Shown here: positions 49,837 to 59,962 of the stretch, piece by piece
How positions within the stretch are numbered: the stretch's first letter is position 1
Layout of the letters: every line of letters begins with the position of its first letter
Source of the DNA: Gammaproteobacteria bacterium
GTDB lineage: Bacteria > Pseudomonadota > Gammaproteobacteria > Steroidobacterales > JABDLF01
Length of the DNA stretch: 64,000 bases
Assembly: GCA_041609715.1 (NCBI GenBank)
Contig: JBFIQI010000001.1
Coordinates: forward strand, 9,911 to 73,910
Reading direction: 5' to 3'
The notes under the pieces: generated by a model
What the model saw: only the letters and a program-made list of their open reading frames with translations
Database searches by the model: none
What the model was told of the DNA's origin: nothing
Program-made: the position numbers and the translations under genes

Positions 49837-50723
49837 ACGCCGCCCCGGTGCTGGCAGCATCGTCTGAACCGCTTACGGGCCGCAGCCTGTGGCAGGATGC
49901 CCGGCGGCGCCTGCTGCAAAACCGGGCCGCCATGATCAGCATCACCCTGCTCGCGCTTATGAGTCTGGTGGTGGTGGTGGGTCCGCTATTGAGCCCGCAT
50001 GCCTACGATTATGCTGATTTTGGTCACATCTCCGCGCCGCCCTCGGTCTCGGACTGGCACTTGTTCGGCACCGATGCCGTGGGCCGCGATCTGTTCGTTC
50101 GTACCCTTTACGGCGGACGGGTGTCGCTGATGGTGGGTCTGGTGAGTACTCTGGTAAGCCTCCTGATCGGCGTGTCCTGGGGCGCAACGGCCGGCTATCT
50201 CGGGGGCCGCATCGACGGCCTGATGATGCGCGTCGTGGATATCCTGTACGCCCTGCCTTTCATGTTTTTCGTGATCCTGCTGATGGTGGTATTTGGTCGC
50301 AACCTGTTGCTCATTTTCGTTGCCATCGGCGCGATCACCTGGCTGGACATGGCGCGCATCGTCCGCGGGCAAACTCTGAGTCTCAAGCATCGCGAGTTTG
50401 TGGAGGCCGCGCAATCTTTCGGAGCGTCCAGCGCCAGCATCATCCGGCGACATATCGTGCCCAATCTCCTGGGCATTGTTATGGTGTACGTGACGCTCAC
50501 CATTCCCCGGGTAATCCTGGTGGAATCTTTTCTGAGCTTCCTGGGGCTTGGTGTGCAGGAGCCGCTCACCTCGTGGGGCGCACTGGTCAACGAGGGCACC
50601 CAGGAGCTCGAAAGCGCCCCTTGGATGCTCATTTTCCCGGCGGGCTTTCTGGCCACCACGCTGTTCTGCTTCAACTTTATCGGCGATGGTCTGCGAGATG
50701 CGCTGGATCCGCGCGACCGCTAG
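49833..50723 (+). CDS. oppC: Peptide ABC transporter permease (OppC-like)
   Basis: HLFGTDAVGRDLFVRTLYGGRVSL and the EFVEAAQSFGAS EAA loop. ATGA overlap with oppB. Confidence 0.85.
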   Translation: MNAAPVLAASSEPLTGRSLWQDARRRLLQNRAAMISITLLALMSLVVVVGPLLSPHAYDYADFGHISAPPSVSDWHLFGTDAVGRDLFVRTLYGGRVSLMVGLVSTLVSLLIGVSWGATAGYLGGRIDGLMMRVVDILYALPFMFFVILLMVVFGRNLLLIFVAIGAITWLDMARIVRGQTLSLKHREFVEAAQSFGASSASIIRRHIVPNLLGIVMVYVTLTIPRVILVESFLSFLGLGVQEPLTSWGALVNEGTQELESAPWMLIFPAGFLATTLFCFNFIGDGLRDALDPRDR

Positions 50724-50725
50724 CA

Positions 50726-51688
50726 ATGTTGCTTGAAGTAGAAAATCTGCAGGTTCGTTTTGACACGCCGGACGGCGCGGTGCATGCGGTCAACGGGCTG
50801 GATTTTAGTCTGGACAAAGGCCGCACTCTCGGCATCGTCGGCGAGTCCGGTTCGGGTAAAAGTCAAAGCGTGTTGGCCATGATGGGGCTGCTGGGGGCCA
50901 GCGGACGGGCGCAGGGCAGGGTGCGTTTCGATGGCGAGCAGATTCTGAATTTGCCGCCCGGGAGATTGAATCGCCTGCGCGGTCGACGCATTGCCATGGT
51001 TTTCCAGGACCCGATGACCAGCCTCAACCCCTATTTGACGGTCGAAACACAAATGTTGGAAGTCCTGCGGCTGCATCAAGGTATGGACCGGAACACGGCG
51101 CGGCGTCGCTGTGTGGAGATGCTGAGTGCGGTGCACATTGCCGATCCAAAGACGCGTCTCAGGCGCTATCCCCATGAGCTTTCCGGCGGCATGCGGCAGC
51201 GCGTGATGATTGCGATGGCGCTCCTGTGTGACCCGGATCTGCTGATCGCCGATGAGCCGACCACCGCGCTGGATGTGACCGTGCAAGCGCAGATCCTGGC
51301 TTTGTTACGGGACTTGCAGGCGCAATTCGGCACCGCGATTATCCTGATCACCCACGACCTGGGCGTCGTTGCGGGCAGCTGTGACGACGTGCTGGTGATG
51401 TACGGTGGCCAGGTCATGGAAAGCGGGGCCGCAGAGGACATTTTCTATGCTGCGCGGCATCCTTATACCCAGGCGCTGTTGCGCTCCATGCCAAGCCTGG
51501 AGCACGAGCCGGGCAAAACTTTGTCGGCCATACCCGGGAACCCGCCCGATTTACGCAAGCTGCCGGCAGGCTGCCCCTTTTATGCGCGCTGCCAACACCG
51601 CTTTGCAGTATGTGCAGACAAGCGGCCCGCAGTGCACCGGCTGGCCGGTCGGCATGCCAGCGCCTGCCACCTGGAAAGCGCATCATGA
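50726..51688 (+). CDS. oppD: Peptide ABC transporter ATP-binding protein (OppD-like)
   Basis: [28 protein letters not shown], and the C-terminal oligopeptide-ABC Cys motif. ATG at 50726, 3 nt after the oppC stop. Confidence 0.88.
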   Translation: MLLEVENLQVRFDTPDGAVHAVNGLDFSLDKGRTLGIVGESGSGKSQSVLAMMGLLGASGRAQGRVRFDGEQILNLPPGRLNRLRGRRIAMVFQDPMTSLNPYLTVETQMLEVLRLHQGMDRNTARRRCVEMLSAVHIADPKTRLRRYPHELSGGMRQRVMIAMALLCDPDLLIADEPTTALDVTVQAQILALLRDLQAQFGTAIILITHDLGVVAGSCDDVLVMYGGQVMESGAAEDIFYAARHPYTQALLRSMPSLEHEPGKTLSAIPGNPPDLRKLPAGCPFYARCQHRFAVCADKRPAVHRLAGRHASACHLESAS

Positions 51689-52674
51689 GCGCTCCCGTGC
51701 TCACGGCGCTGGACCTGAGCGTTGATTTCGAGGTGCCGGGGGTCGGCCTGATGAGTCGGCCGCGGCGCCTGCGCGCGGTTGACAGCGTCAGTTTCGAGCT
51801 GGCTGCGGGTGAGACCCTGGGGATTGTGGGTGAGTCGGGGTGCGGCAAGTCGACACTGGCTCGCGCTCTGCTGGGATTGGTGCCGGCCAGTGCCGGCGTC
51901 GTAAGTTTTCTGTCGCACCCGCTTAACCATGCTGACAGCCGGACCCTGCGCCGTCGTCGCCGGGAGTTGCAGTTGATGTTTCAGGATCCGCTCGCCTCGC
52001 TGAACCCCCGTATGAGCATCGGCAAAATCATCGCCGAGCCGTTGCAGGTGCATTTTCCGGATATGTTGCGCAAAGACCGCGAAACCCGCGTGCGCAAAGC
52101 CATGGAACAGGTCGGTTTATCCCGGGAGTTTCTGAACCGCTATCCCCATGAGTTTTCAGGCGGTCAATGCCAGCGTATCGGCATCGCCAGGGCCCTGGTT
52201 CTTGAGCCCCGCGTGATTATCTGCGACGAACCGGTCAGCGCGCTGGATGTTTCGGTGCGCGCGCAGATTATCAACTTGCTGTTACGTTTGCGGGAGGAAC
52301 TGGGCTTATCGCTGGTGTTCATCGCCCACGACCTCGGGGTTGTGCGACACATCAGCGATCGGGTACTGGTGATGTACCTCGGGCGGGTGGTGGAGGAGGC
52401 TCCGGCTGCTGCATTGTTTGCGCGGCCCGCGCATCCGTATACCCGTGCCCTGATTGCTGCAGTACCGATCGCCGACCCGCGGCGCCAGCGCCAGCGTCTG
52501 CCCGAAGCGCTGGCTGGCGAGATGCCCTCGCCCCTGCACCCCCCGTCCGGGTGCAGTTTCAGAACGCGCTGTCCCTGGGCGGCGGACAAGTGTGCCGCCA
52601 GTCGACCGGGTCTCAGGCCCTTCGATGACAGTGAGGCTGCCTGCCACCGACTGGAAGATATTCGCAACGCCTGA
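51685..52674 (+). CDS. oppF: Peptide ABC transporter ATP-binding protein (OppF-like)
   Basis: GESGCGKS, FSGGQCQRI, IICDEPVSALD. ATGA overlap with oppD. Confidence 0.88.
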   Translation: MSAPVLTALDLSVDFEVPGVGLMSRPRRLRAVDSVSFELAAGETLGIVGESGCGKSTLARALLGLVPASAGVVSFLSHPLNHADSRTLRRRRRELQLMFQDPLASLNPRMSIGKIIAEPLQVHFPDMLRKDRETRVRKAMEQVGLSREFLNRYPHEFSGGQCQRIGIARALVLEPRVIICDEPVSALDVSVRAQIINLLLRLREELGLSLVFIAHDLGVVRHISDRVLVMYLGRVVEEAPAAALFARPAHPYTRALIAAVPIADPRRQRQRLPEALAGEMPSPLHPPSGCSFRTRCPWAADKCAASRPGLRPFDDSEAACHRLEDIRNA

Positions 52675-52681
52675 GCGGTGT

Positions 52682-54016
52682 TCAGAAACTCATAGGCAGC
52701 GGCAGAGGCTGGCCGTTGATGGTGAGCAGTCCGCCCTTGAGCGCGGCATCCAGGCTGAGGTGGTCATCATTCAAAAGCAACAGCCCAGCGGCCTGCAAGC
52801 CTTGCAGCTGCGCATGGGCATCGGGATTGAGGGCGGCCAGTCTGTCCACCAGCGCTGTTGGCAGACGCAAGCTGGCGGTGGCGTCCAGACCCAGGATCAG
52901 CGCACCCAGCCCGTGGGGGTCTGATTCAGGAAAAACCACATGGGCCGTGAACAGCAGATCGCCGTCGGGCGTACCGAATCTAAGTTCCCGCAAATGCATG
53001 TCCGGTCCACTTGCCAGCAGCGCCTGTACGGCCGCCAGGATCTCGGCCTGTGCTTCCTCGCCCGGTTCCTGGTGCCCGGCTATTAACTGCAAGCTGTGCA
53101 GCAATTCGCCCAGCGCCGGGGCGTTGAGCCCGCCGATTCTTGCACTCAACACGAGCGGGCCACCCTGCCACCCTGCGATCTCCAGGCGCTCCATTTCGAA
53201 CACTACGTCTTCTTCGACCGCGGCTCCCGCGACGCTAATATGCCCATCCCATGTCATGGGCCCGAGAGCTATGCCGGCCCGGTCAGGGACATCGATGCGC
53301 AGACCCCCGAAATGCCCTGTCTGCCGGCCGCTCCAAAACCCGTATTCGGTAAGCTGCTGCTCGCCCTCGAAGTCCATTGCAGACATATCCAGCTGGAACT
53401 GCGGCATGTTCAGTTCGAATTTCCCGATCTTGCCGTCGAAGCGAAAATCATCCAGGGCGCTGTTGAAATGCGTCAGCATGCGCATACCGGCCCAGTCAGA
53501 CCTGCCGACCTTGCCATCTTCCTCAATGGGAATGGTAACTGGCTGGATGTCGATCAGGTTGCGGTGCCGGCCGGTCAAACCGAGCCGGGTGCTGACCGCC
53601 CCCGGCAGGACTGTCGCGGTGCCCGAGGCGTCAACGAATTCCAGGGAATCGATACTATGGGCCAGTGCCGGCGACAACGGCACCCGCTCGTTTAGCAGTG
53701 CCGCAGTGAAGAAGGGACCATGATAAATTGCCGCGGAATTTCGCAGGGTAAATGGCTGCCCGAATTCGTTTTCCTCTTCTGCCAGTAGCTGCGCCAGCGA
53801 CGCAGGGTCCACCCGAAGACGGTACTGGGCCCTCGATTTGAACCAGCCACGCTGGTAGTCGGTAACTTGCCAGGTGAGGCCCGGCAGAACCTCCTGGACA
53901 TTGCCGGATACTTTGCGAAACTGATTTTCGGCAACCACGCCGACGGCTCCCGGCAGCACCAGCAACACCAGGGCGATAATAACCAGCACGGCAACAAGGA
54001 TTTTTTTCACCGGCAC
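52682..54016 (-). CDS. DUF945 (YdgA-like) membrane-anchored protein
   Basis: 444 aa with an N-terminal anchor MPVKKILVAVLVIIALVLLVL and a YQRGWFKS motif reminiscent of YdgA. Assigned from memory. Confidence 0.55.
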   Translation of the reverse strand: MPVKKILVAVLVIIALVLLVLPGAVGVVAENQFRKVSGNVQEVLPGLTWQVTDYQRGWFKSRAQYRLRVDPASLAQLLAEEENEFGQPFTLRNSAAIYHGPFFTAALLNERVPLSPALAHSIDSLEFVDASGTATVLPGAVSTRLGLTGRHRNLIDIQPVTIPIEEDGKVGRSDWAGMRMLTHFNSALDDFRFDGKIGKFELNMPQFQLDMSAMDFEGEQQLTEYGFWSGRQTGHFGGLRIDVPDRAGIALGPMTWDGHISVAGAAVEEDVVFEMERLEIAGWQGGPLVLSARIGGLNAPALGELLHSLQLIAGHQEPGEEAQAEILAAVQALLASGPDMHLRELRFGTPDGDLLFTAHVVFPESDPHGLGALILGLDATASLRLPTALVDRLAALNPDAHAQLQGLQAAGLLLLNDDHLSLDAALKGGLLTINGQPLPLPMSF

Positions 54017-54084
54017 ACTCCGGAGTCAGGGCGATTGCAGAAGCAGAATGCTAGCATAGGGCCAGAGCGCAAAAGGGCACGGCT

Positions 54085-54588
54085 ATGACCAGCATCAATG
54101 ACTTCACGCTTCCCGGTATTCAGGGCGACGAGAATCTGCTGGAGGGGCTCGCGGGTCGGGCCATCCTGCTGGTCAATGTCGCCAGCCAATGTGGCTACAC
54201 GCCCCAGTATAGTGAGCTGGAGTCGTTGCACCGCGAGCTGAGCCAGCACGGGTTCAGCGTAGTGGGGGCGCCCTGTAATCAATTCGGCGCCCAGGAGCCT
54301 GGCAGTGCCGCCGAAATCGTGCAATTTTGCACTTCCCGCTTTAACGTCAGCTTTCCCCTGAGCGCGAAGCTCGAGGTCAATGGCCCGGGGCGTCACCCGC
54401 TTTACACCTGGTTAACCGCGCCTGAGCAGGGCTTCGCCGGCGATATCGCATGGAACTTCGAGAAATTCCTTATCGATGCTGCCGGCCAACCGGTGGGTCG
54501 TTATCCCTCCGCGGTATCGCCGCGTGATAATGGCCTGTTGCAGGATATCGCCGCGGCACTGCCCGTGGCGGGGGACGCCAGTCCTTAA
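54085..54588 (+). CDS. Glutathione peroxidase (Cys-type)
   Basis: LLVNVASQCGYTPQY (peroxidatic Cys), PCNQFGAQEPG, WNFEKFLI. Confidence 0.88.
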   Translation: MTSINDFTLPGIQGDENLLEGLAGRAILLVNVASQCGYTPQYSELESLHRELSQHGFSVVGAPCNQFGAQEPGSAAEIVQFCTSRFNVSFPLSAKLEVNGPGRHPLYTWLTAPEQGFAGDIAWNFEKFLIDAAGQPVGRYPSAVSPRDNGLLQDIAAALPVAGDASP

Positions 54589-55304
54589 GGGGCGATCAGC
54601 AAGTCGAATACCGCGTTGACCTGGGCCTGTATCCGGATCTCGCCCGGCTCGTAACTTTGCTCCGCATCGGCGCTTTCGGCGGCAACGCCCAGCATGGCCC
54701 GCGCCATCATCGGCGGGCGCGGCAGGTGCATAGCACCAGCCTGAATGTTGTGCACGGGGCCCAGTTTTGCGCCGAGAGTTTCGGCGAGCACCTGGGCATT
54801 CAGTCGGGCATCCTCCGCTGCGCGACGCAGTGCGGTGCGCTGCAATTCGTCCTCCCGACTTGATTTGAAAAACGGGCCGCTTACCTGGTTGATGCCAATG
54901 GCCGTGGCGCGCTCCAGCAACATACCCAGCTTTTCCAGGTCATCGAGTTCGACCTGCACCTGGCGGGCAACGTAGTAACCCGTGAGCTGGCGCTTGCGAG
55001 CCGCCGCAATCCAGTCGTACTCGGGACGGACGGTGAGCTGCGAAGTGTTGACCGATTTTTTTTCGATGCCCAGCTGTTTAACGAGAGTCAGAAATTCGCT
55101 GATGGTTTTGCCGACCTGGTCGCGCGCGCTCTGCAGCTCGCGGGCGCGCATTTCCACGCCCATGGACAGTTGGGCGCGGTCGGGTACTACGGTCACCTCG
55201 CCGCTGCCGCTAACCGCCACCTGTCGCATGTTTTCATCGGCGATCGCCGGCGTCGCCAGCAAAGTCATTGTCAGTAAAGCGATTGGGAAAATTCGATCAA
55301 GCAT
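54585..55304 (-). CDS. SIMPL / DUF541 (YggE-like) periplasmic protein
   Basis: Signal peptide, GSGEVTVVPDRAQLSMGVE, and a YEPGEIRIQAQVNAVF C-terminus, as in SIMPL-domain proteins. Confidence 0.7.
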   Translation of the reverse strand: MLDRIFPIALLTMTLLATPAIADENMRQVAVSGSGEVTVVPDRAQLSMGVEMRARELQSARDQVGKTISEFLTLVKQLGIEKKSVNTSQLTVRPEYDWIAAARKRQLTGYYVARQVQVELDDLEKLGMLLERATAIGINQVSGPFFKSSREDELQRTALRRAAEDARLNAQVLAETLGAKLGPVHNIQAGAMHLPRPPMMARAMLGVAAESADAEQSYEPGEIRIQAQVNAVFDLLIAP

Positions 55305-55413
55305 AGCGACTCTCCTTGATGGGACTTATCCTGAGACTGCGGGCGGGCATGCGGGTTCCGGGTCGCCGGTTGGCGTGCAACAATAAGCCTGCGCGCAGGA
55401 CGGGGAACAGCAG

Positions 55414-56382
55414 ATGGGCATCGCTAGTTTAATTCAAGACATGGGCGATCAGGTCTATGCCATCGACACGGGATACGTACGACCAGGGATGGCCGCGAGC
55501 CATCTTGTGGTGGACGCGGGGCGCGCAGCATTCATCGATACCGGCACCAGCAATTCCACCGAGCGCCTGCTGGGGGCTCTGGAGCATGTCGGCCTGACAC
55601 CGAAAGCCGTCGAGTACATATTGCTGACCCACATTCACCTGGATCACGCCGGTGGCGCCGGACGATTGCTGCAGTCCCTGCCCAACGCGACCATGGTGGT
55701 ACATCCACGTGGCGCGCCGCACATGATCGATCCGGCGCGGCTAATCAAGGGTACCAAGGCGGTTTACGGCGAGGCGGAATTCCGCCGGCTTTATGGCGAG
55801 ATTCCCCCGGTGCGTGCCGACCGGGTGCGCGCAGTGGAAGATGGCGAGCGCCTGGTGCTTGGAGAGCGCCAACTCGATTTTATTCATACCCGCGGCCATG
55901 CCAACCATCACTACTGCATCGTCGATGCAAAGGCCAACAGTATCTTTTCCGGCGATACCTTCGGGGTGTCCTACCGGGATACGGATACCCGCCTCGGCGC
56001 ATTCATTTTCCCAACCACCACCCCGGTGGACTTTGATCCCGAAGCGGCGCACGCCTCCATCGACCGCCTGATGAGCTTGCAGCCGCAAGCGATTTATTTA
56101 ACGCACTACAGCAAAGTCACCGAGCTGGAACGGCTGGCGGCTGATCTGCACCGGCACCTGGATGAATTCGTCAACATTGCGCGCTATTGTGTGGATATGC
56201 CGGATCGCATGCAGAACATCGCCGACCGGTTGCGAGATTATCTCTGGCGCGAACTCAACAAGCATGAGTTTGAGGGCAACGACCGGTTACGGGAAGACAT
56301 ACTGGGCGCCGACATCGAGTTGAACGCCATGGGGCTGGACGTGTGGCTGACGCGGTCGCGGAATACCCGGGGAGCAGCATAA
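55414..56382 (+). CDS. Cytoplasmic MBL-fold metallo-hydrolase
   Basis: THIHLDHAGG (HxHxDH), later HTRGH and GDTF. Its stop overlaps the acuI start (TAATG). Confidence 0.75.
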   Translation: MGIASLIQDMGDQVYAIDTGYVRPGMAASHLVVDAGRAAFIDTGTSNSTERLLGALEHVGLTPKAVEYILLTHIHLDHAGGAGRLLQSLPNATMVVHPRGAPHMIDPARLIKGTKAVYGEAEFRRLYGEIPPVRADRVRAVEDGERLVLGERQLDFIHTRGHANHHYCIVDAKANSIFSGDTFGVSYRDTDTRLGAFIFPTTTPVDFDPEAAHASIDRLMSLQPQAIYLTHYSKVTELERLAADLHRHLDEFVNIARYCVDMPDRMQNIADRLRDYLWRELNKHEFEGNDRLREDILGADIELNAMGLDVWLTRSRNTRGAA

Positions 56383-57374
56383 TGGAATCCTTTCGAGCTT
56401 ACAGAATTCATCAGGACGGCAAGTCGGTGCACGCCCGTTATGAGGAGCGACAGCAGAGCGACCTGGGCAATCGTCCGGTGCTTGTTCGTGTGCAGTACTC
56501 CGGCATTAATTATAAAGACGCACTGGCTGTCACCGGCGCCGGGAAGATTCTGCGCAGCTTTCCACTGACCGCCGGCATTGACCTGGCGGGAACCGTGGTC
56601 GCCAGCGGTGATACTCGCTACCACGAAGGCCAGGAGGTGCTGGTGACCGGTTGCGGACTCGGCGAGGAGGTCGATGGCGGTTATTCAGATTATGCGCGGG
56701 TCGATGGCGACTGGGTGATACCCCTGCCCGAGGGCATGGATGCCCGCGATGCCATGACTTTAGGCACGGCGGGTTTTACGGCGGCGCTGGCAATTCATCG
56801 CATGGAGCGCAATGGACAGAACCCGGAGCGTGGCCCCATCGTGGTCACCGGAGCCAGTGGCGGAGTGGGCAGCCTTGCCATAGACATGTTGGCAGGCGCT
56901 GGTTATGAAGTGGTTGCTATTAGCGGCAAGACGGACGCGAGCAGCTGGTTAAAGCGTCTCGGGGCCGAAAAAGTGCTGGATAGAAACCAGGTCGAGTTCG
57001 GCCAGCGTCCCCTGGAAGCGGCGCTTTGGGGCGGCGCGGTGGACAATGTTGGCGGCGATACCCTTGCCTGGCTCACTCGCACCCTAAACTGGTGGGGCAA
57101 TATTGCCAGCGTGGGGCTGGCCCACAGCGCGGAACTCCACACCACGGTGATGCCGTTTATCCTGCGCGGCGTCAGCCTACTCGGCATTAACTCTGTGAAA
57201 ACACCACGCCACGAACGCAAACAGGTGTGGGATCGCATTGCCGGAGATCTGCGGCCGCGACACCTGGGTGCCATTCGAACCCGGGAAATCGACTTCGAGG
57301 ACCTGTCGGGCGCCTTCGATGCTTATCTTCAAGGTTCGGTACGCGGGCGCACAGTGGTTCGCATCGCCGGCTGA
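56382..57374 (+). CDS. acuI: YhdH/AcuI-type NADPH-dependent acrylyl-CoA reductase (MDR family)
   Basis: Reads throughout like E. coli YhdH: INYKDALAVTGAGKILRSFP, GTAGFTAALA, VVTGASGGVGS, TTVMPFILRGVSLLGI. Confidence 0.75.
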   Translation: MESFRAYRIHQDGKSVHARYEERQQSDLGNRPVLVRVQYSGINYKDALAVTGAGKILRSFPLTAGIDLAGTVVASGDTRYHEGQEVLVTGCGLGEEVDGGYSDYARVDGDWVIPLPEGMDARDAMTLGTAGFTAALAIHRMERNGQNPERGPIVVTGASGGVGSLAIDMLAGAGYEVVAISGKTDASSWLKRLGAEKVLDRNQVEFGQRPLEAALWGGAVDNVGGDTLAWLTRTLNWWGNIASVGLAHSAELHTTVMPFILRGVSLLGINSVKTPRHERKQVWDRIAGDLRPRHLGAIRTREIDFEDLSGAFDAYLQGSVRGRTVVRIAG

Positions 57375-57419
57375 GTCTGGCGCAATTGGCCAGGGTCGCG
57401 GTGGGGCCGTCGGTGCTTG

Positions 57420-57773
57420 TCAGGCGCCGTCCTGCATGAGTCGGGATATCCTGAATTTCAGGGCCTTGATTTCCTGCTTGCTGGTTTCGGGATCTTTTTC
57501 CGCGTCGCGCAATTCCATCAGCTTGGCAGGCAGGGTCGATTCGCGCAGCAACTCGCGGGCAGCCTTCCAGGCCTGCTGTTCTTCATTGGGCAGGGCCAGA
57601 ATCGTATCGTCGCCGCGTACCACGGCTGCCTTATGTTTACAGAAGCGCCCCAGGGCGCCAGCCGGGCAATCACAAAACACGGAGACCTTGCTGCCCTGGC
57701 CCAGGACCTCGATGCGATAGGGTCGCTTGCGCGAACTCGCTTTTGCGCTGACTTCTACTGTTTGTTCCAGCAT
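57420..57773 (-). CDS. Small SWIM zinc-finger protein
   Basis: 117 aa with [19 protein letters not shown], matching the CxCx(n)CxH SWIM signature, and a helical, charged C-terminus. More protein-like than the overlapping plus-strand extension of prpB. Confidence 0.55.
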   Translation of the reverse strand: MLEQTVEVSAKASSRKRPYRIEVLGQGSKVSVFCDCPAGALGRFCKHKAAVVRGDDTILALPNEEQQAWKAARELLRESTLPAKLMELRDAEKDPETSKQEIKALKFRISRLMQDGA

Positions 57774-57902
57774 GCTTTCATTGTAGCCGCGCGGGCACGG
57801 CCAACAACAGGCGCCACCGAAAAAAAAGCGCCGGCTGGGTTAAAATGCCGCCCCCGATCCAACCGCAGTGTGGTGCAGCTGGCGGTATCCAGGAGTTCCT
57901 TA

Positions 57903-58787
57903 ATGACCAACAAGCAATCCGCCGGCCACGGCTTTCGCAGAGCCCTTGATGCCGAACGGCCCCTGCAGTTGATGGGCACGGTTAATGCCTACACCGCACT
58001 CATGGCCAGGCGAGTCGGCTATCGAGCAATCTATCTTTCCGGGGGTGGCGTTGCCGCCAATTCTCTGGGTATGCCGGATCTCGGCATCAGCACCATGGAG
58101 GATGTGCTCACCGACATCCGGCGCATTACCGATGCCTGCGATCTGCCGCTGCTGGTGGATGCCGATGTGGGCTGGGGCGGAGCATTTAATATAGCCCGGA
58201 CGGTGAATCGTTTTATCAAGGCGGGCGCCGCCGGGATGCACATTGAAGACCAGGTGGCCAACAAACGTTGTGGCCACCGTCCCGGCAAAGCGATCGTAAG
58301 TAAGTCGGAGATGGTGGACCGCATCAAAGCTGCCGTAGATGCGCGGGGTGACGACGGCTTCGTCATCATGGCGCGTACCGACGCGCTGGCGGTGGAAGGT
58401 ATGGACAGCGCCGTGGAGCGGGCGGTGGCCTGTGTGGAAGCGGGCGCTGACATGGTGTTTCCCGAGGCCATGCGCACTCTTGAGGATTACGCCACTTTCA
58501 AGCAGGCGGTAGGCGTGCCAGTCCTCGCCAACATAACGGAGTTTGGCCATACGCCGCTGTTTTCCCGTGACCAGCTCGCGGGTGCCGGCGTCGACATCAT
58601 CCTTTACTGCTGCAGCGCTTATCGAGCCATGAATAAAGCGGCACTGACGGTATATGAGGCGATACGGAAGCAGGGAACCCAGCAGGGCGTGCTGGATATG
58701 ATGCAAACGCGTGAAGAGCTTTATGATTTCCTCGGATACCACGATTACGAAGCCAAGCTCGATGAGTTGTATGCAAGTGATGACTGA
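57903..58787 (+). CDS. prpB: 2-methylisocitrate lyase
   Basis: [24 protein letters not shown] and KRCGHRPGK (the ICL/PEP-mutase signature). The true ATG is at 57903; the listed ORF is extended by 162 codons. Confidence 0.9.
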   Translation: MTNKQSAGHGFRRALDAERPLQLMGTVNAYTALMARRVGYRAIYLSGGGVAANSLGMPDLGISTMEDVLTDIRRITDACDLPLLVDADVGWGGAFNIARTVNRFIKAGAAGMHIEDQVANKRCGHRPGKAIVSKSEMVDRIKAAVDARGDDGFVIMARTDALAVEGMDSAVERAVACVEAGADMVFPEAMRTLEDYATFKQAVGVPVLANITEFGHTPLFSRDQLAGAGVDIILYCCSAYRAMNKAALTVYEAIRKQGTQQGVLDMMQTREELYDFLGYHDYEAKLDELYASDD

Positions 58788-58804
58788 ACAATGGAGCCAC
58801 GGAG

Positions 58805-59929
58805 ATGAGTGACAAAAACAAGGCAGGCGGGTTGCGCGGCGTGGCGGCCGGCACCACCAGTATCTGTACGGTTGGTGCCAGCGGCGATGGGCTGCATTAT
58901 CGAGGCTACGACGTCGCCGACATGGCGGTGGACGCCGGATTCGAAGAAGTTGCCTACTTGCTGCTGTATGGTGACCTGCCCAGCCAGAAACAGCTGCTGG
59001 ATTACCGCCAACGGCTCATGGCATTCCGCGGCCTGCCGCACGAGCTGCGCGAGGTCCTCGAGCGCATTCCCGCCAGCGCACACCCCATGGAAGTGCTGCG
59101 TACCGGCTGCTCGATGCTGGGCAACCTGGAACCGGAAGGGGATTTTGCCAACCAGGACCGGGTGGCCGACCGGCTGTTGGCAGTTATGCCTTCCATCATG
59201 GCGTATTGGTACCGTTATGCGCACGACGGCAAGCGCATCGATACCGAAACCGACGACGACAGCATGGCCGGGCATATCCTGCGCATGATCACAGGCCGGG
59301 AGCCGCCGGCCGACCACCAGCGCTACATGGATGTTTCGCTGATTCTTTACGCCGAGCACGAATTCAACGCCTCCACGTTCACGGCACGGGTTATTGCCGC
59401 GACACTGTCCGATATGTATTCGGCGGTGACTGGCGCAATCGGCGCATTGCGCGGTCCCCTGCATGGTGGCGCCAACGAGGCCGCCATGGAGCTGGTGGAA
59501 AAATTCAGGACTCGCGAGGAAGCCGTCGAGGGCGTCACTGCCATGCTGGCCCGCAAGGAAAAAATCATGGGGTTCGGGCACGCGGTCTACAAGCAAAAGG
59601 ACCCGCGCAACGCCATCAACAAGCAGTGGTCCAGGCAGCTTTCCACTGGCGCCGGGGATGCTTATCTTTACGACGTGTCGGACGCCATCGAGCAAGTGAT
59701 GGCCGACGAAAAAGGGTTGTTTGCAAATGCCGACTTTTTCAGCGCCTCGGCGTATCACTTCATGGGCGTTCCCACACCGCTGTTCACACCGCTGTTCGTC
59801 TGTTCCCGCACCAGCGGCTGGTGCGCCCATATCAAAGAGCAGCGGGCTCACAACAAGCTGATTCGGCCGGGGGCGGAATATACCGGCCCGGCTCCGCGAC
59901 CCTTCGTCAAGCTCGCGGACCGCGGCTGA
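58805..59929 (+). CDS. prpC: 2-methylcitrate synthase
   Basis: Citrate-synthase motifs LYAEHEFNASTF, GPLHGGANEA, GFGHAVYK. Located between prpB and prpD. Confidence 0.9.
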   Translation: MSDKNKAGGLRGVAAGTTSICTVGASGDGLHYRGYDVADMAVDAGFEEVAYLLLYGDLPSQKQLLDYRQRLMAFRGLPHELREVLERIPASAHPMEVLRTGCSMLGNLEPEGDFANQDRVADRLLAVMPSIMAYWYRYAHDGKRIDTETDDDSMAGHILRMITGREPPADHQRYMDVSLILYAEHEFNASTFTARVIAATLSDMYSAVTGAIGALRGPLHGGANEAAMELVEKFRTREEAVEGVTAMLARKEKIMGFGHAVYKQKDPRNAINKQWSRQLSTGAGDAYLYDVSDAIEQVMADEKGLFANADFFSASAYHFMGVPTPLFTPLFVCSRTSGWCAHIKEQRAHNKLIRPGAEYTGPAPRPFVKLADRG

Positions 59930-59962
59930 GTTAACCACTGACAATCAAGCAAGGAGCTACCC

